DNA of 64,000 nt, from IMG/VR virus record IMGVR_UViG_3300020578_000058, positions 4,828-68,827 of that record; one strand, 5' to 3'. Below, in pieces: positions 62,759-64,000 of the stretch (position 1 is its first letter; every line of letters starts with the position of its first letter). The notes under the pieces are model-generated. The model saw nothing but the letters and a program-made list of their open reading frames with translations, had not been told where the DNA came from and did not search any database. The position numbers and the translations under genes were made by a program. This DNA is from a virus.

Positions 62759-63334
62759 TTAGCCCGCCATAGCCTTGTCCTTCCACCATGCGAAGGCGGT
62801 GCGAAGGGCTGCGACGAACTGCTCGTCACTCATGCCCGTAGCCGTACCACCGGACGAGCCGAAGTGGTTGTGCATCAGCACCATCGGGTCGATGGGCATG
62901 TCGCCCTCGACGGGGGAAGCGTTGAGGGAAATCAACTCCCACCCACCGCTGTCGGCGGGGAGGGTGTTGTCGCCGCCCTCCGCGAGCACATCGGCACGGT
63001 AGAGCACCGCGTAGGCCGAGAGGGCGGGCATCTTGGTTGCGCCCTTGGCGAGCACCTGTTGACGCGGCTCCTCGCCCTTGCGGCGGGCCTTGAACGCGCC
63101 GACCAGTTCCGCGCCCTCTGTGAGCGTCACCACGCCCGAGAGGATGTCCTCGGGCGCAATGTCCACGAGCACCACCCCGTCGCGGTAGCCGTCCCGCACC
63201 GCGCCCGCCTCGAAGGCGGCACGGATGCGGGCGACGAGGGTGTCCCACCCCCCCTCCCCCGTGAAGCACGAGAAGGGCGAGTCCGCCGTTTGGCGGACGA
63301 CGAAGGGGTTGGCGACGATGGTGGCGGTGGTCAT
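62759..63334 (-). CDS. DUF3228-like protein
   Basis: NPFVVRQ, DGYRDGVVLV, VLYRADVL and PIDPMVLMHNHFGSSGGT; GAGG RBS. Confidence 0.6.
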   Translation of the reverse strand: MTTATIVANPFVVRQTADSPFSCFTGEGGWDTLVARIRAAFEAGAVRDGYRDGVVLVDIAPEDILSGVVTLTEGAELVGAFKARRKGEEPRQQVLAKGATKMPALSAYAVLYRADVLAEGGDNTLPADSGGWELISLNASPVEGDMPIDPMVLMHNHFGSSGGTATGMSDEQFVAALRTAFAWWKDKAMAG

Positions 63335-63357
63335 GGTGAGTACCTCGCAGGGTGGGT

Positions 63358-63395
63358 GGAGTACGCGGGACGAGGGGGGGCTGCGAAAGCCCCCC
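63358..63395 (-). promoter_or_regulatory. Conserved phage promoter-like motif, copy 6 (19-bp spacer)
   Basis: Minus strand reads GGGGGC TTTCGC-N19-TACTCC; the spacer contains a C7 run. Confidence 0.6.
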
Positions 63396-63407
63396 TCGGG
63401 CGAAAAG

Positions 63408-63740
63408 TTAGGCGGTGGCGACGAGGCGGGTGACGCCGATGATGTGCCCCGCCTCGTTGCCGGGGACGAACACATCGGTGCGGCCCTTGCCCGCGAGGGC
63501 CGAGCCGACCATGCCCGACACAATGAACGCGGTGCCCGCGCTCGGGTCGGGGAGGCCCGTCACTTCCCCGAACACGGTCGGAGACGCGACCGCGCAGGGG
63601 AACCCGTCGCGTGCCCCCACCGTGCCGGGGGTCGAGGCGACACGCGCCACCGACCCGCTCGGGGGGAGGACGGTGTGCTCCCCCGTCGCGGAGACGAGGG
63701 TGAGGGCGTGGGGGGTCAGGTTCACGAGGGTCAGGGACAT
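63408..63740 (-). CDS. Small phage protein with NLTPH motif
   Basis: MSLTLVNLTPH...PPSGSVARV...GEVTGLPDP...IVS...RTDVFVP is a common phage hypothetical pattern; GGAG RBS. Confidence 0.7.
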   Translation of the reverse strand: MSLTLVNLTPHALTLVSATGEHTVLPPSGSVARVASTPGTVGARDGFPCAVASPTVFGEVTGLPDPSAGTAFIVSGMVGSALAGKGRTDVFVPGNEAGHIIGVTRLVATA

Positions 63741-63765
63741 GAGAGGCTCCGGTGATGGTGTGAGT

Positions 63766-63800
63766 GGAGTACGCGGGACAGGGCGAGGGCGAAAGCCCCC
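63766..63800 (-). promoter_or_regulatory. Conserved phage promoter-like motif, copy 7
   Basis: Minus strand reads GGGGGC TTTCGC-N17-TACTCC. Confidence 0.7.
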
Positions 63801-63888
63801 GTGGCGAAGTTGTTGGGGGGTTGCGCTTGCCCCCCGTAGACGCCCGCACCTTGTCGGAGCGGACACCCACAGGTGAACTTTTTTAGCG

Positions 63889-64000
63889 TTAGCGGATTGC
63901 CTTGGCCGACACGACCACGACCGTCCCGACGACGGGGAAGCCCAAGACCGCGCTCGCGGTGGGGTTCGGGGGAAGCCCGATGAGGAGTCCCTCCTCGTTC
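63889..64000 (-). CDS. 3' end of a DUF3846-like protein (truncated by the window edge)
   Basis: ...NEEGLLIGLPPNPTASAVLGFPVVGTVVVVSAKAIR*. Confidence 0.5.
   Translation of the reverse strand, partial: NEEGLLIGLPPNPTASAVLGFPVVGTVVVVSAKAIR

Noticed and set aside
1-64000. Alternative genetic code (stop-codon reassignment)
   Set aside because: Genes are full length in the standard code and end with TAA, TAG and TGA, and no suppressor tRNA is present.

Overview
This window is about 64 kb of a large, GC-rich (roughly two-thirds G+C by eye) tailed dsDNA phage with a contractile tail. It covers most of the virion morphogenesis region on the + strand. It opens with the end of a DnaX-like clamp-loader gene, a NusG paralogue and a sigma-region-4-like regulator. 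Next come the terminase, portal, prohead protease, acidic scaffold, decoration protein and HK97-fold major capsid protein, followed by fibre, neck and tail-completion genes and a very large (~1,730 aa) tail sheath. Accessory genes include a deoxynucleoside kinase, dCMP deaminase, thioredoxin, a Dps-like protein, an actin-like ATPase and tRNA-Leu(CAA). Small minus-strand islands are interspersed, most headed by a conserved promoter-like motif (TTTCGC-N17-TAC[CT]CC). The most striking signal is a putative capsid-cargo system. Unrelated proteins (a zincin-type protease, an SH3/KOW protein, a HiPIP-like protein) share a ~30-aa leader 'LxRxASxLPxGSxxRRxxxA' ending in K/R-x-A, and others carry a 'RVAARY'-type helix. 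A 1,223-aa polyprotein joins a PAP2-type phosphatase and a topoisomerase IB through the same K/R-x-A linkers that stud the scaffold and protease. All protein calls come from motif recognition by eye; no database searches were run.
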